This document shows positions 1-10,198 of a stretch of 32,000 nucleotides of DNA, piece after piece (position 1 is the stretch's first letter; every line of letters begins with the position of its first letter). A program made the position numbers and the translations under genes. The notes under the pieces are model-generated. The model saw only the letters and a program-made list of their open reading frames with translations, was not told the origin of the DNA and searched no databases. Origin of the DNA: Pyrobaculum aerophilum str. IM2 (GTDB lineage Archaea > Thermoproteota > Thermoprotei > Thermoproteales > Thermoproteaceae); contig NC_003364.1 in the NCBI RefSeq assembly GCF_000007225.1, positions 360,001-392,000 of the forward strand, in the 5' to 3' direction.

Positions 1-2888
1 TCATTATTAACGGGAGCGAAAGGGTTATAATTTCACAAGAGGATTTAGTCGCCGACCGGCCTATTTATGATAAGGGCGACAAGCCCTCAGTGAGGTTCTT
101 GGCTAAGACTATCTCCACGGGCATAGGGTATAGAAGCACATTGACTGTAGAGCTGAATAAAGACGGCGTGATTTACGCCACTCTCTCGGCAATGCCTGTG
201 AAAATACCCTTCCCCATCTATATGAAGGCCTTGGGCTTGGAGACTGATGAAGACGTGGTAAAGGCGGTGTCAGACGACCCGGAAATCCAGAAGGAGCTTC
301 TCCCCTCCCTTATAGCGGCCAATCAAATAGCTATCACGAGGGAGGACGCGTTGGATTATATCGGCGGGAAAGTGGCCGTGGGACAGCCAAGGCCTGTGAG
401 AATTGAGCGGGCTTTGCAGTTGCTCGATAGGTACTTCCTGCCGCATCTAGGCACTACAGTTCCTGACGAGAAGAAGCAACAAGAGATTAGGCTGAAAAAG
501 GCGTTAATGTTAGGCCAGATTGTAAAGGGGCTTGTGGAGCTTCACCTCGGCAGGAGGAAGCCTGACGACAAAGACCACGTCGGCAATAAGAGAGTGAGGC
601 TTGTGGGCGACTTAATGACTCAGCTGTTCCGCACCGTGTTGAAACAATTCCTCCAAGAGCTGAAGAGCCAGTTGGAGAAATATTACGCAAGGGGGAGGAT
701 ACCGCATATACAGACTATTGTGAGGCCAGATATTATTACCGAGCGCGTGAGGCAAGCCCTGGCCACAGGTAACTGGGTCGGCGGCAAGACTGGGGTTTCG
801 CAGATATTAGACCGCACTAACTACCTCTCCACCCTTAGCTATTTAAGGAGAGTGGTCTCCTCGCTCTCAAGAACCCAGCCCCATTTCGAGGCGCGCGACT
901 TGCACCCAACTCAGTGGGGCAGGCTCTGCGCAGTCGAGACGCCTGAGGGCCAAAACGTGGGGCTTGTGAAAAACTTAGCGCTTTTGGCCGAAATTACCAC
1001 GGGCGTTGACGAGGGAGAAGTTGAGCATATGCTTTACAACATGGGCGTAATCCCCATACTAAAGGCCAGGGAAGAGGGGGTCTCTGGCGCCGAGGTTTAC
1101 TTAAACGGGAGGCTTATAGGCGTGCACCCCAACCCCGAAGAGCTGGCCAAAACAGTAAGAGGATTGAGGAGGCAGGGCAAAATAAGCGACGAGATCAACA
1201 TCGCCGTTATAAACGGAACAGTTTACGTCAATTGCGACGGAGGTCGAATTAGAAGGCCCCTCCTTGTCGTTGAAAACGGCAAGTTGAAATTGACAAGAGA
1301 AATTGTAGAAAAGGTGAAGCGCGGTGATTTGACTTGGGACGATCTAGTTAAAATGGGGGTTGTGGAGTATTTAGACGCAGACGAGGAGGAAAACGCCCAC
1401 ATCGCCACAGATCCCCGGGGCAATCTCACTAACTACACACATGTAGAGATTATACCCTCTTCAATACTAGGCGCCATCGCCTCTATTATACCCTACATAG
1501 AGCACAACCAATCCCCGCGCAATCAATACGAGGCCGCTATGGCGAAGCAGTCCCTAGGCCTCCCCCAGTCTAACTTCTTGTATAAGTTAGACTCCAGGGG
1601 CCACATGTTATACTACCCAGAGAGGCCCATAGTTACTACGCGGGGGCTAGAGCTAATAGGTTATTCGAAAAGGCCGGCTGGCCAAAACGCAGTAGTTGCA
1701 TTGCTGACGTACACAGGGTATAACATAGAGGACGCGGTGATATTAAACAAGGCGTCAGTGGAACGGGGCATGTTCCGCTCTGTATTTTATCGCACTTACG
1801 AGACAGAAGAACAGAAATATCCAGGCGGCGAAGAGGACAGAATAGAAATACCTGACAGCTCCGTTAAGGGGTATAGAGGCCCGGAGGCTTACAGCCACTT
1901 AGATGAAGACGGCATTGCGCCGCCAGAGGTGTACGTGAGTAGCAACGAGGTGCTTATAGGCAAGACGTCGCCGCCGAGGTTCTACACCACTCTTGAAGCA
2001 GAGCGTATTTTAAAAGAAAGGCGCGACGCCTCAGTCGCCGTTAGGCGCGGCGAAAAGGGCATAGTGGACAAGGTCATAATCACCGAGTCGCCTGAAGGCA
2101 ATAAGTTAGTAAAAGTAAGGCTGAGAGAGCTCAGAGTGCCCGAGCTCGGCGATAAGTTCGCGTCTAGACACGGCCAGAAGGGAGTGGTGGGCATGTTGCT
2201 CAGGCAAGAGGATATGCCCTTCACCGAGGACGGAATAGTCCCCGACATTATAGTCAACCCACACGCGTTGCCTTCGCGCATGACTGTGGCCCAGCTATTA
2301 GAAAGCATTGCTGGCAAATTAGGCGCATCTACCGGGCAACTCATAGACGCCACGCCTTTCGAGGGAGTCAAAGAGGAGGATTTAAGAAAGCTTTTGTTAA
2401 AACTGGGGTACAAGTGGGACGGCAAAGAAGTAATGTACAGCGGGATAACAGGAGAGAGGTTAGTCGCAGACATCTTTATTGGCATAGTCTACTACCAGAA
2501 ACTACACCACATGGTCGCCGACAAAATACACGCAAGAGCCAGAGGGCCTGTGCAGATATTGACAAGACAGCCCACCGAGGGCAGGTCGCGCGAAGGAGGC
2601 CTTAGATTAGGAGAAATGGAGCGCGACGTGCTTATCGCCCACGGGGCCTCGGCCCTGTTGCATGAAAGATTGGTGGAGTCAAGCGATAAGTATGTAATGT
2701 ACGTCTGTGAGCTCTGCGGGCTCCCCGCCTATTTAGACGCCAAGTCTAATAAGCCGAAGTGTCCAATACACGGCGACACAGGCCAGTTCGCCAAAGTGGT
2801 GGTCCCCTACGCCTTCAAACTACTGCTACAAGAGCTGATAGCCCTCGGCATATATCCCAAGCTGGAGCTCTCAGAAGTATTAGAATAA
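1..2888 (+). CDS. rpoB: DNA-directed RNA polymerase subunit B (Rpo2), 5'-truncated by the window edge
   Basis: The frame of track ORF 90..2888 stays open back to base 3 (IINGSERVIISQEDLVADRPIYDKG...), so GTG 90 is internal. Rpb2 hallmarks are present: GDKFASRHGQKGV, PFTEDGIVPDIIVNPHALPSRMT, LGEMERD, and a C-terminal Zn ribbon CELCG...CPIHG. Confidence 0.97.
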   Translation, partial: IINGSERVIISQEDLVADRPIYDKGDKPSVRFLAKTISTGIGYRSTLTVELNKDGVIYATLSAMPVKIPFPIYMKALGLETDEDVVKAVSDDPEIQKELLPSLIAANQIAITREDALDYIGGKVAVGQPRPVRIERALQLLDRYFLPHLGTTVPDEKKQQEIRLKKALMLGQIVKGLVELHLGRRKPDDKDHVGNKRVRLVGDLMTQLFRTVLKQFLQELKSQLEKYYARGRIPHIQTIVRPDIITERVRQALATGNWVGGKTGVSQILDRTNYLSTLSYLRRVVSSLSRTQPHFEARDLHPTQWGRLCAVETPEGQNVGLVKNLALLAEITTGVDEGEVEHMLYNMGVIPILKAREEGVSGAEVYLNGRLIGVHPNPEELAKTVRGLRRQGKISDEINIAVINGTVYVNCDGGRIRRPLLVVENGKLKLTREIVEKVKRGDLTWDDLVKMGVVEYLDADEEENAHIATDPRGNLTNYTHVEIIPSSILGAIASIIPYIEHNQSPRNQYEAAMAKQSLGLPQSNFLYKLDSRGHMLYYPERPIVTTRGLELIGYSKRPAGQNAVVALLTYTGYNIEDAVILNKASVERGMFRSVFYRTYETEEQKYPGGEEDRIEIPDSSVKGYRGPEAYSHLDEDGIAPPEVYVSSNEVLIGKTSPPRFYTTLEAERILKERRDASVAVRRGEKGIVDKVIITESPEGNKLVKVRLRELRVPELGDKFASRHGQKGVVGMLLRQEDMPFTEDGIVPDIIVNPHALPSRMTVAQLLESIAGKLGASTGQLIDATPFEGVKEEDLRKLLLKLGYKWDGKEVMYSGITGERLVADIFIGIVYYQKLHHMVADKIHARARGPVQILTRQPTEGRSREGGLRLGEMERDVLIAHGASALLHERLVESSDKYVMYVCELCGLPAYLDAKSNKPKCPIHGDTGQFAKVVVPYAFKLLLQELIALGIYPKLELSEVLE

Positions 2889-2968
2889 TCGCCCGTGGCA
2901 CTAGCTTTATTATAAGTCCGCTTTGTGTAAAGATTGGAAACTTTTTAAATGGGTCTGTGTGTATCGCC

Positions 2969-5623
2969 GTGTCATTAAGGGAGGAATTTGACGCCATACC
3001 TAAAAAGGTAATTAAGTCTATTAAGTTCGGCGTCCTCAGCCCCGAAATGATTAGGAAGTACAGCGTTATGGAAGTGACGACCTCGGAAGTATATGACGAA
3101 GGCGGCTTGCCTGTGCGTGGGGGTATTGCGGATAGAAGGCTGGGAGTCGCCGAGCCGGGCTCGCGGTGTGAGACCTGTGGGCAGACTCACGACGTGTGTC
3201 CCGGCCATTTTGGCCACATTGAGCTGGTGAAGCCGGTAATACACGTCGGCTTTGCCCGTATAATATACGACGTCTTGAGGGCCACGTGCCCCAACTGCGG
3301 GCGTATAATGTTGCGAGACGAGGAGATTGAGAGGTATAGGGAGAGGCTTAACAAGCTTAAGGCGAGGTGGAGGCTCTTGGCCTTGAATCTACACGAAAAA
3401 ATTAGGAAGAAGGCCACGGAGCGTATGACTTGCCCCCACTGTGGTTATAAGAGGAATAAGGTTAGATTTGAGCGGCCGTATTACTTCTATGAGGAGACTA
3501 AGAGCGGCGCCTTGGTGAAGCTAGACCCCGAGGTGTTGAGGGAAAGGCTTAGTAAAGTTCCAAGTGAGGATTTAGAGCTACTCGGCATAAATCCCTCAGT
3601 GGCCAGGCCGGAGTGGGCGATTTTGAAAGTCCTCCCAGTCCCGCCTCCGCACGTGAGGCCTTCTATTCAGCTCGAAACCGGCATTAGGTCGGAGGACGAC
3701 TTAACGCATAAACTCGTGGATATTATCCGGATGAATGAAAAGTTAAAAATAGCTATTGAAACCGGCGCGCCTACTAATGTCGTGGACAATTTGTGGGAAT
3801 TGTTACAATACCATGTGGCTACGTATTTTGACAACGAGTTACCCGGCATCCCTGTGGCTAAGCACAGAGGGGGGAGGCCTCTGAAGGGAATAGCCCAAAG
3901 GCTTAAGGGGAAGGAGGGGCGGTTTAGGGGGTCTCTCTCAGGCAAGCGCGTTAACTTCTCGGCCCGCACTGTTATAAGCCCCGATCCTCACATTAGTATA
4001 AACGAAGTCGGCGTGCCTTACGACATCGCCAAGGTGCTGACTGTGCCTGAGAGAGTGACTGCGTGGAATGTCGACGTGCTGAGAGAATACGTCATTAGAG
4101 GCCCGGAGAGTTGGCCGGGGGCCAATTACGTCGTGACGCCCGAGGGCCGGAGAATAGATCTGCGCTACGTGAAGGACAGAAAGGCACTTGCGGAGAGGCT
4201 TGCGCCGGGTTGGATAGTGGAGAGGCATTTAATTGACGGCGATATAGTCTTATTCAACAGACAGCCCAGTTTGCACAGAGTCTCAATGATGGGACACTTA
4301 GTCAAGGTGTTGCCCGGGAGGACTTTTAGACTGCACTTGGCCGTCTGTCCGCCTTATAATGCCGATTTTGACGGCGACGAGATGAACTTACACGTTCCGC
4401 AGACGGAGGAGGCAAGGGCGGAGGCCAGGGCGTTGATGTTAGTGGAGAAACACATCATTACTCCGCGTTATGGAGGCGCCATAATTGGCGCGCGGCAGGA
4501 TTACATCATAGGCGCCTATCTCCTCTCGCACAAGTCCACGTTCCTCACTAAGAAAGAAGTCGCGTTCCTACTAGGGGCTGGCAAATCGCAAGAAGATCCC
4601 CCCGAGCCGGCCATTCTCCACCCCGTGGAGCTCTGGACGGGGAAGCAGATAATATCTCACTTCTTGCCTAAGGATTTAAACTGGGTCCAGCCTACGGCGT
4701 TTAAATCAAAATGTCAAAACGCCTATACGTGCCCCACGGATGAGTGGATTATAGTAATTAACGGCAATTTGGTAAAGGGAGTTTTGGACAAAAAGTCCAT
4801 AGGCGCCGAGCAAGTGGACTCCCTTTGGCATAGAATTGCCCGCGACTATTCACCCGAGGTGGCAAGAAGGTGGCTCGACTCATCTCTGCGGCTATTCTTG
4901 AGATTCCTCGACTTGCGCGGGTTCACCTTCGGCATGGACTCAATATATATCCCGCCGGAGGCATATAGGGAAATTGACAATATAATTAAGGCGAGTTTAG
5001 AAAAGGTAGATAAGCTAATCGATGATTTTAGAAGCGGCCATCTTGAGGCAATGCCGGGCTTTACCGTTGAGGAGACCTTTGAGAACAAGGTCACGGAGAT
5101 ATTGTCAAAAGTCCGTGAAGATGCCGCAGTTGTGGTCGAGAAGTATATTGATAAAAACTCTGAGGGTTATTTAATGGCTAAAACGGGGGCCAGAGGAAGC
5201 ATTGTTAACATCGTCCAAATGGTGGCTACTCTCGGCCAGCAGACAATCAGAGGTGAGAGAATTAGGAGAGGCTTTAGAACTAGGACGTTGCCGCACTTCC
5301 CCGTTGGCGACATAGGGGCTTTCTCAGGCGGTTTTGTGAGGAACTGTTTTAGATGTGGTTTGACGCCAGTGGAGTACTTCTTCCACGCGGCCGCGGGCAG
5401 AGATGGATTAATAGACACAGCGGTGCGTACTGCTCAGTCCGGCTATATGCAGAGGCGGCTTATTAACGCGCTACAAGACGTTTATGTGGCATACGACGGC
5501 ACTGTGAGATTTGGCGGGGCTATGTTATTGCAGTATCTATACGGAGAAGATGGGGTTGATGTAAGCCGTTCAGACCACGGGAAAGTGGTTGATATAAAGT
5601 CCTTGAAGATGTGGATAAGATGA
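2969..5623 (+). CDS. rpoA1: DNA-directed RNA polymerase subunit A' (Rpo1N)
   Basis: Zn motif CETCGQTHDVCPGHFGH and catalytic NADFDGDEMNLH. The track start at 2759 overlaps rpoB and gives a non-conserved N-terminus. In-frame GTG 2969 lies 20-27 nt downstream of TTTTTAAA (2942-2949). GTG 2957 is an alternative start. Confidence 0.93.
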   Translation: MSLREEFDAIPKKVIKSIKFGVLSPEMIRKYSVMEVTTSEVYDEGGLPVRGGIADRRLGVAEPGSRCETCGQTHDVCPGHFGHIELVKPVIHVGFARIIYDVLRATCPNCGRIMLRDEEIERYRERLNKLKARWRLLALNLHEKIRKKATERMTCPHCGYKRNKVRFERPYYFYEETKSGALVKLDPEVLRERLSKVPSEDLELLGINPSVARPEWAILKVLPVPPPHVRPSIQLETGIRSEDDLTHKLVDIIRMNEKLKIAIETGAPTNVVDNLWELLQYHVATYFDNELPGIPVAKHRGGRPLKGIAQRLKGKEGRFRGSLSGKRVNFSARTVISPDPHISINEVGVPYDIAKVLTVPERVTAWNVDVLREYVIRGPESWPGANYVVTPEGRRIDLRYVKDRKALAERLAPGWIVERHLIDGDIVLFNRQPSLHRVSMMGHLVKVLPGRTFRLHLAVCPPYNADFDGDEMNLHVPQTEEARAEARALMLVEKHIITPRYGGAIIGARQDYIIGAYLLSHKSTFLTKKEVAFLLGAGKSQEDPPEPAILHPVELWTGKQIISHFLPKDLNWVQPTAFKSKCQNAYTCPTDEWIIVINGNLVKGVLDKKSIGAEQVDSLWHRIARDYSPEVARRWLDSSLRLFLRFLDLRGFTFGMDSIYIPPEAYREIDNIIKASLEKVDKLIDDFRSGHLEAMPGFTVEETFENKVTEILSKVREDAAVVVEKYIDKNSEGYLMAKTGARGSIVNIVQMVATLGQQTIRGERIRRGFRTRTLPHFPVGDIGAFSGGFVRNCFRCGLTPVEYFFHAAAGRDGLIDTAVRTAQSGYMQRRLINALQDVYVAYDGTVRFGGAMLLQYLYGEDGVDVSRSDHGKVVDIKSLKMWIR

Positions 5624-6759
5624 TTTCTAGGGAGGAATTACTCTCAAAACTCTCGCAAGTGTTGCCGCAACCGTTGTACAAAGAGGTAGAAGAGGCAGTT
5701 AGAGATCTCGACGACGAGAAAGCACTACGTCTTGTATACCGGGTTTTAAAGCTATACGTCACCTCGCTTATAGATCCAGGCGAGGCTATAGGCATCGTTA
5801 CGGCGCAGTCCATAGGCGAACCCGGCACTCAAATGATCCTCCGCTCTTTCCACTACGCTGGCCTGAGGGAGTTCTCCATGGCCAGAGGCCTTCCTAGGCT
5901 AATAGAGGTGGTAGACGCCAGGAGAACTCCGTCAACGCCTCTTATGTATGTTTATTTAAAACCGCCTTATAACAAGAGCAGAGAGGCCGCGGAATCTGTC
6001 GCGAAAAAGATTCAACAAGTCACGCTTGAAACGCTCGCCAAGGAAGTGGATGTGGATTACGTGGCTGGCACTGTGACGATAACACTAGATCAAGAGCAGT
6101 TGAAATACCGCGGGTTAACCCTAAAAGATGTGGAGAAAATAGTCGCAAAGGCAAAGGGCAAAGACGTGGCCATTTCCATGCGCGGATATACTATTACTGC
6201 CTCTCTCACGACTCCCGACATTCTTAAGATTAGGAAAATTAAAGATAAAATATTACAAATTAAAATCTCCGGCATTAAGGGGGTAAGGAAAGTGGTATTG
6301 CAGTACGATTCGAAAAACGACGAGTGGTATATAGTCACCGAGGGGACTAATCTAGAGGCCGTCCTCCAGCTTGAAGAAGTCGACCCGACGCGGACATATA
6401 GCAACGATTTACATGAAGTAGAAGAGGTGTTGGGAATCGAGGCGACGAGGGCCCTAGTGGCCCAGGAGATAAAACGTGTATTAGAAGAACAGGGCTTAGA
6501 CGTCGACATTAGACATATGTATTTAGTTGCTGACGCCATGACTTGGTCGGGTAGGTTGAGGCCTATAGGCCGTCACGGAGTTGTTGGCAGTAAAGAGTCG
6601 CCGTTAGCCCGCGCTGCTTTTGAAGTAACTGTGAAGACTCTCATAGAGGCTTCTGTTAGAGGAGAGGATGAGCTATTCAAAGGCGTTGTTGAGAGCATAA
6701 TTGCGGGCAAGTACGTTCCAATTGGCACAGGCATCGTGAGGCTTTTAATGCAGTTCTAA
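5611..6759 (+). CDS. rpoA2: DNA-directed RNA polymerase subunit A'' (Rpo1C)
   Basis: Contains GEAIGIVTAQSIGEPGTQM and sits in the conserved position after rpoA1. The start is GTG 5611, or ATG 5620, which forms an ATGA overlap with the rpoA1 stop at 5621-5623. Confidence 0.93.
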   Translation: MDKMISREELLSKLSQVLPQPLYKEVEEAVRDLDDEKALRLVYRVLKLYVTSLIDPGEAIGIVTAQSIGEPGTQMILRSFHYAGLREFSMARGLPRLIEVVDARRTPSTPLMYVYLKPPYNKSREAAESVAKKIQQVTLETLAKEVDVDYVAGTVTITLDQEQLKYRGLTLKDVEKIVAKAKGKDVAISMRGYTITASLTTPDILKIRKIKDKILQIKISGIKGVRKVVLQYDSKNDEWYIVTEGTNLEAVLQLEEVDPTRTYSNDLHEVEEVLGIEATRALVAQEIKRVLEEQGLDVDIRHMYLVADAMTWSGRLRPIGRHGVVGSKESPLARAAFEVTVKTLIEASVRGEDELFKGVVESIIAGKYVPIGTGIVRLLMQF

Positions 6760-6800
6760 ACGCATAAATCTTTTTAAAGCTTTATTTCACCTGGGCAAAC

Positions 6801-7109
6801 GTGATTGATATAAGCAGAGAGCTCCAAGTCGCCATTAATACCGGCAAGGTGGTAATAGGCTTTGAAGAAACTAAAAAGGCCTTATTAACCGGCGCTCCGA
6901 AATTAATAATACTAGCGGCGAACGCCCCCAAATGGGCGAGAGATGATATAGAATATTATGCCAAACTCGCCGGCGTTCCTATATTTGTTTTCCCAGGTTC
7001 TAGTATTGAGCTGGGCGCTGCCGCGAAGAGGCCCCATAAAATTATGGCGCTGGCCGTTATAGACGCTGGTCAGAGCGAGATATTAAAGCTCGCGGAGCAG
7101 CATGCCTGA
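6801..7109 (+). CDS. rpl30e: 50S ribosomal protein L30e
   Basis: A 102-aa L7Ae/L30e-type sequence ([29 protein letters not shown]) in the canonical slot between rpoA2 and nusA. TATA-like TTTTTAAAG (6771-6779) lies 22-30 nt upstream of GTG 6801. Confidence 0.9.
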
Positions 7110-7536
7110 CATACGGCTAACTGAGGAGGAAATTAGATACGCAACGCTTTTTGAAAGCATTACTGGCGTGACTCCAATTGACGTTGTTATAGATCCCGAG
7201 TATTCTCGAATAATTTACGTGGTTCAGAAAAACCAAGCGGCTATTGCGGTGGGGAAAGGCGGTTCCAACGTGAAGATGTTGAGGCAAATAGTAGGAAAAG
7301 ATGTCGAGGTTGTGGAGGCCGGGGACACGCCTGAGGAATTAATTAAAAACAGCCTCTATCCTGCGAAGGTGATTATGGTTAAAGTCACTAAGGCGCCCTC
7401 CGGGGCTAAAGTGGCGATAACAACCGTGGCGCCGGAGGACAAGGGGGTGGCAATAGGCAAAAACGGCAGGAACATTGCCAGGGCTAAGCTACTGGCGAAG
7501 AGATATTACGACATAGAGAAGATAATCCTAGCCTAG
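7102..7536 (+). CDS. nusA: Archaeal NusA-like transcription termination/antitermination factor (two KH domains)
   Basis: Two KH GxxG motifs ([16 protein letters not shown]). It overlaps L30e by 8 nt and occupies the conserved position before S12. Confidence 0.9.
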
Positions 7537-7575
7537 GCGTTGTAAAATTTATTAACTATTAGTTGTCAGAGGGAT

Positions 7576-8019
7576 GTGCCCGGTAAGAAGTCGCCATATG
7601 GATTGTTCGCAGGCGGTAAGCTGAAAAGGAAACGGCAGAAGTTCAGATGGAACGACGTGACGTACAAGCGCAAAATGCTGGGCCTCGTTGAGAAATACGA
7701 CCCTCTTGAGGGCGCCCCAATGGCCCGGGGCATTGTGCTGGAGAAGGTGGGGGTGGAGGCGAGAAAGCCCAACGCGGCAGTTAGAAAGTGTGTAAGAGTC
7801 CAGTTGGTTAAAAACGGGAAAGTGGTAACGGCGTTTGTCCCTCTAGACGGTAGCCTTAACTACATCAACGAACACGATGAAGTGGTTATTGAGCGTATAG
7901 GCGGACCTGAGGGTAGATCTCTCGGCGATATACCCGGCGTAAGGTTTAAAGTAATTAAAGTAAACGGCGTCTCGCTCTGGGCCATTTGGCGGGGCAAGAA
8001 GCAGAAGCCTACAAGGTAA
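7576..8019 (+). CDS. rps12: 30S ribosomal protein S12
   Basis: [16 protein letters not shown]...[28 protein letters not shown] is typical archaeal S12/uS12. TATA-like AAAATTTATTA (7544-7554) lies upstream of GTG 7576. Confidence 0.95.
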
Positions 8020-8801
8020 TGGCTAGGGCTACAGTTGTAGAACGAGGCGAGTATTTTCTTAAGGCCGTTGTTGAAGGCGTCCCGCCGTCGCTTGTTAATT
8101 CCCTAAGGCGGGTAATAATATCAGAGCTTCCCGTCATGGCCATAGACAATGTAGTCGTTGTAAATAACACGTCAGTAATGTACGATGAAATGCTCGCCCA
8201 CAGGCTTGGTTTAATCCCCTTGACAACGCCTTTACAATCGCTTCCTCCATATGAAGACTGCGTCTCTGGGCTTGCGGATCCCTCAGAGTGTAGCACTAGG
8301 TTAACGTTACAAGTCACCGCTGAGGGCGATACAACAATTTACTCCGGAGATTTGGCATCTGATAGACCCGATGTAGTCCCTGTATATAAAGATATACCAA
8401 TTGTTAAACTTGTGAAGGGGCAGAGCATAGTCCTTGAGGCGTATGCAAAACTAGGCGTTGCCAAAGATCACGCGAAGTGGCAGGCAGCAACGGCGAGTTA
8501 TTACTATTATCCCAAAGTAGTAGTTAAGAGTGAAAATTGTCGTGAAATGTGTAAAGAAATATGTAGACAGCTTGAGAATCCCATTGAATGTTCTTTTAAT
8601 AAAGCGTGGACTTGTAAAGATTTATGTAAAGAAGGTCTTGAGGTTACGTGGGATAAGAATAAGTACGTTTTCTGGGTGGAGTCCTTTGGGAATTATGACG
8701 TTAACACAGCGTTAAGAGAGGCGTTTAGAATTCTAAAGAGGAAATTCGCCGTTTTTGCCGAGGAGCTATTTAGGAGGGCCTCCGTCGAGACAAAAGTTTA
8801 A
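8019..8801 (+). CDS. rpoD: DNA-directed RNA polymerase subunit D (Rpo3)
   Basis: Rpb3/AlphaNTD-like sequence (VPPSLVNSLRRVIISELPVMAID...HRLGLIPL) with a Cys-rich domain 3. ATG 8019 overlaps the S12 stop (TAATG). The track start at 7986 would overlap S12 by 34 nt. Confidence 0.9.
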   Translation: MARATVVERGEYFLKAVVEGVPPSLVNSLRRVIISELPVMAIDNVVVVNNTSVMYDEMLAHRLGLIPLTTPLQSLPPYEDCVSGLADPSECSTRLTLQVTAEGDTTIYSGDLASDRPDVVPVYKDIPIVKLVKGQSIVLEAYAKLGVAKDHAKWQAATASYYYYPKVVVKSENCREMCKEICRQLENPIECSFNKAWTCKDLCKEGLEVTWDKNKYVFWVESFGNYDVNTALREAFRILKRKFAVFAEELFRRASVETKV

Positions 8802-8826
8802 ATATAGATTAACTCGGAGTGACGGT

Positions 8827-9195
8827 ATGCCTCCTAATCCAACAGGCCCGACAAATAGTCAATTGAGGATGTTAGCCAGATTTTTGAGAAAGGCAGCTAG
8901 GGCCAACTCCGCCAGTATATGGCGGGTAGTAGCTGAGTTTGTTGAAAAGCCGAGGAGGCAGAGAGTTATTGTAAATGTGGGTAAGTTGAATAGAGTGGCT
9001 AAGGAGGGCGATGTAGTCGTCGTGCCCGGTAAACTCCTCGCCGGAGGTCAGTTAAATAAAAAAATTATTGTCGCCGCGGTGAAGATATCTCCAAAGGCTG
9101 CCCGGAAAGTAATAGAAGCCGGAGGCGAGGTGCTCACTATTCCAGAGTTAGTACGTAAATACCCAAGGGGGAGTGGAGTTAGAATAGTGATATGA
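8827..9195 (+). CDS. rpl18e: 50S ribosomal protein L18e
   Basis: Sits in the conserved rpoD-L18e-L13-S9-rpoN order. ATG 8827 lies 20-31 nt downstream of GTTTAAATATAG (8796-8807), which overlaps the rpoD stop. The track start at 8755 lies inside rpoD. Confidence 0.85.
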   Translation: MPPNPTGPTNSQLRMLARFLRKAARANSASIWRVVAEFVEKPRRQRVIVNVGKLNRVAKEGDVVVVPGKLLAGGQLNKKIIVAAVKISPKAARKVIEAGGEVLTIPELVRKYPRGSGVRIVI

Positions 9196-9755
9196 ACGTT
9201 GTAAAGAGGCCTCTAGATATATCTCAACTGCCAGATGCAGGTGAGGTAATAGTTGATGCGGAGGGGCACGTCGCGGGGAGACTAGCTACTTATATCGCTA
9301 AGGCGTTACTTGAGAGGCCGAATTTAAGAATAGTTGTAGTAAACGCCGAAAAGCTCGTGATAACTGGAGATGAGAAAATGGTGATTGAGTGGTTTAAGAG
9401 AAAAATAAGCGAGTGGCGTACGCATTATAACCCAGAGAAGGCGGGCCCTAAGGTGCCGAGGAGGCCCGATAGAGTATTTAAGAGAATTGTACGAGGCATG
9501 TTGCCCAAGAAGAGCGAAACTGGCCGCTCTGCGTTGAAGAGACTGCGAGTATATATGTCAATTCCCATTGAAATAATGCAAAGAAAGCGGTTAGTGTTAT
9601 ATGAAGTGCCCGAGGCAAAGCTGAGGTTAAGGCCGTTGCTTCAGTACACAACTCTTGAGGAAGTTTGGCGCAGTATTGACCCTGAAGCCTGGGAGAAGTG
9701 GAGAAGAGCCGTGGAGGTGTGGGGCAAAAAATTAAAACAAGTTGCTAGCGGATAG
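9192..9755 (+). CDS. rpl13: 50S ribosomal protein L13
   Basis: uL13-like sequence (VIVDAEGHVAGRLATYIAKALL...VVVNAEKLVITG). ATGA overlap with the L18e stop. Confidence 0.9.
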   Translation: MNVVKRPLDISQLPDAGEVIVDAEGHVAGRLATYIAKALLERPNLRIVVVNAEKLVITGDEKMVIEWFKRKISEWRTHYNPEKAGPKVPRRPDRVFKRIVRGMLPKKSETGRSALKRLRVYMSIPIEIMQRKRLVLYEVPEAKLRLRPLLQYTTLEEVWRSIDPEAWEKWRRAVEVWGKKLKQVASG

Positions 9756-9757
9756 CC

Positions 9758-10198
9758 ATGTCGATTAAAGTGCCCAGCGCCGAGGTATTACAAGAGACCC
9801 CAAGGGTAGTGATATCTGTGGGCAAGAAAAAGACCGCAGTGGCCAGGGCCATAATTAAGCCGGGAATTGGGCGGGTGAGAATCAACGGCTATCCCTTAGA
9901 GCTCTGGCCAATTGAAATGGCCAGGATTAAGATGAGCGAGCCTCTAATATTGGCGGGGGAGCTTGCGAAAAAAGTCGACATAGATGTAAATGTTTCTGGC
10001 GGCGGTTATATGGGCCAGGCCGTGGCTGTTAGAATCGCCATGGCGAGGGGGCTAGTGGCGTTTTTCCAAAGCCAGGAGCTCAAAGAGCTTTATGAGCGCT
10101 ATGATCCATATATGTTAAAAGGCGATCCGCGCCGTACTGAGCATAAGAAGCCTGGTATAAAACACGCAAGAAGCAAGAGGCAGAAGGCTTATAGATGA
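9758..10198 (+). CDS. rps9: 30S ribosomal protein S9
   Basis: uS9-like ([10 protein letters not shown]...[19 protein letters not shown]) with a basic C-terminal tail ending ...[10 protein letters not shown]. Confidence 0.93.
   Translation: MSIKVPSAEVLQETPRVVISVGKKKTAVARAIIKPGIGRVRINGYPLELWPIEMARIKMSEPLILAGELAKKVDIDVNVSGGGYMGQAVAVRIAMARGLVAFFQSQELKELYERYDPYMLKGDPRRTEHKKPGIKHARSKRQKAYR

Noticed and set aside
2759-2968. N-terminal 70-aa extension of rpoA1 in the track ORF, overlapping the rpoB 3' end
   Set aside because: The extension (MSNTRRHRPVRQSGGPLRLQ...) is non-conserved Arg/Ser-rich sequence read out of frame over the rpoB Zn ribbon. Conserved Rpo1 sequence and a TATA box support a start near 2969.
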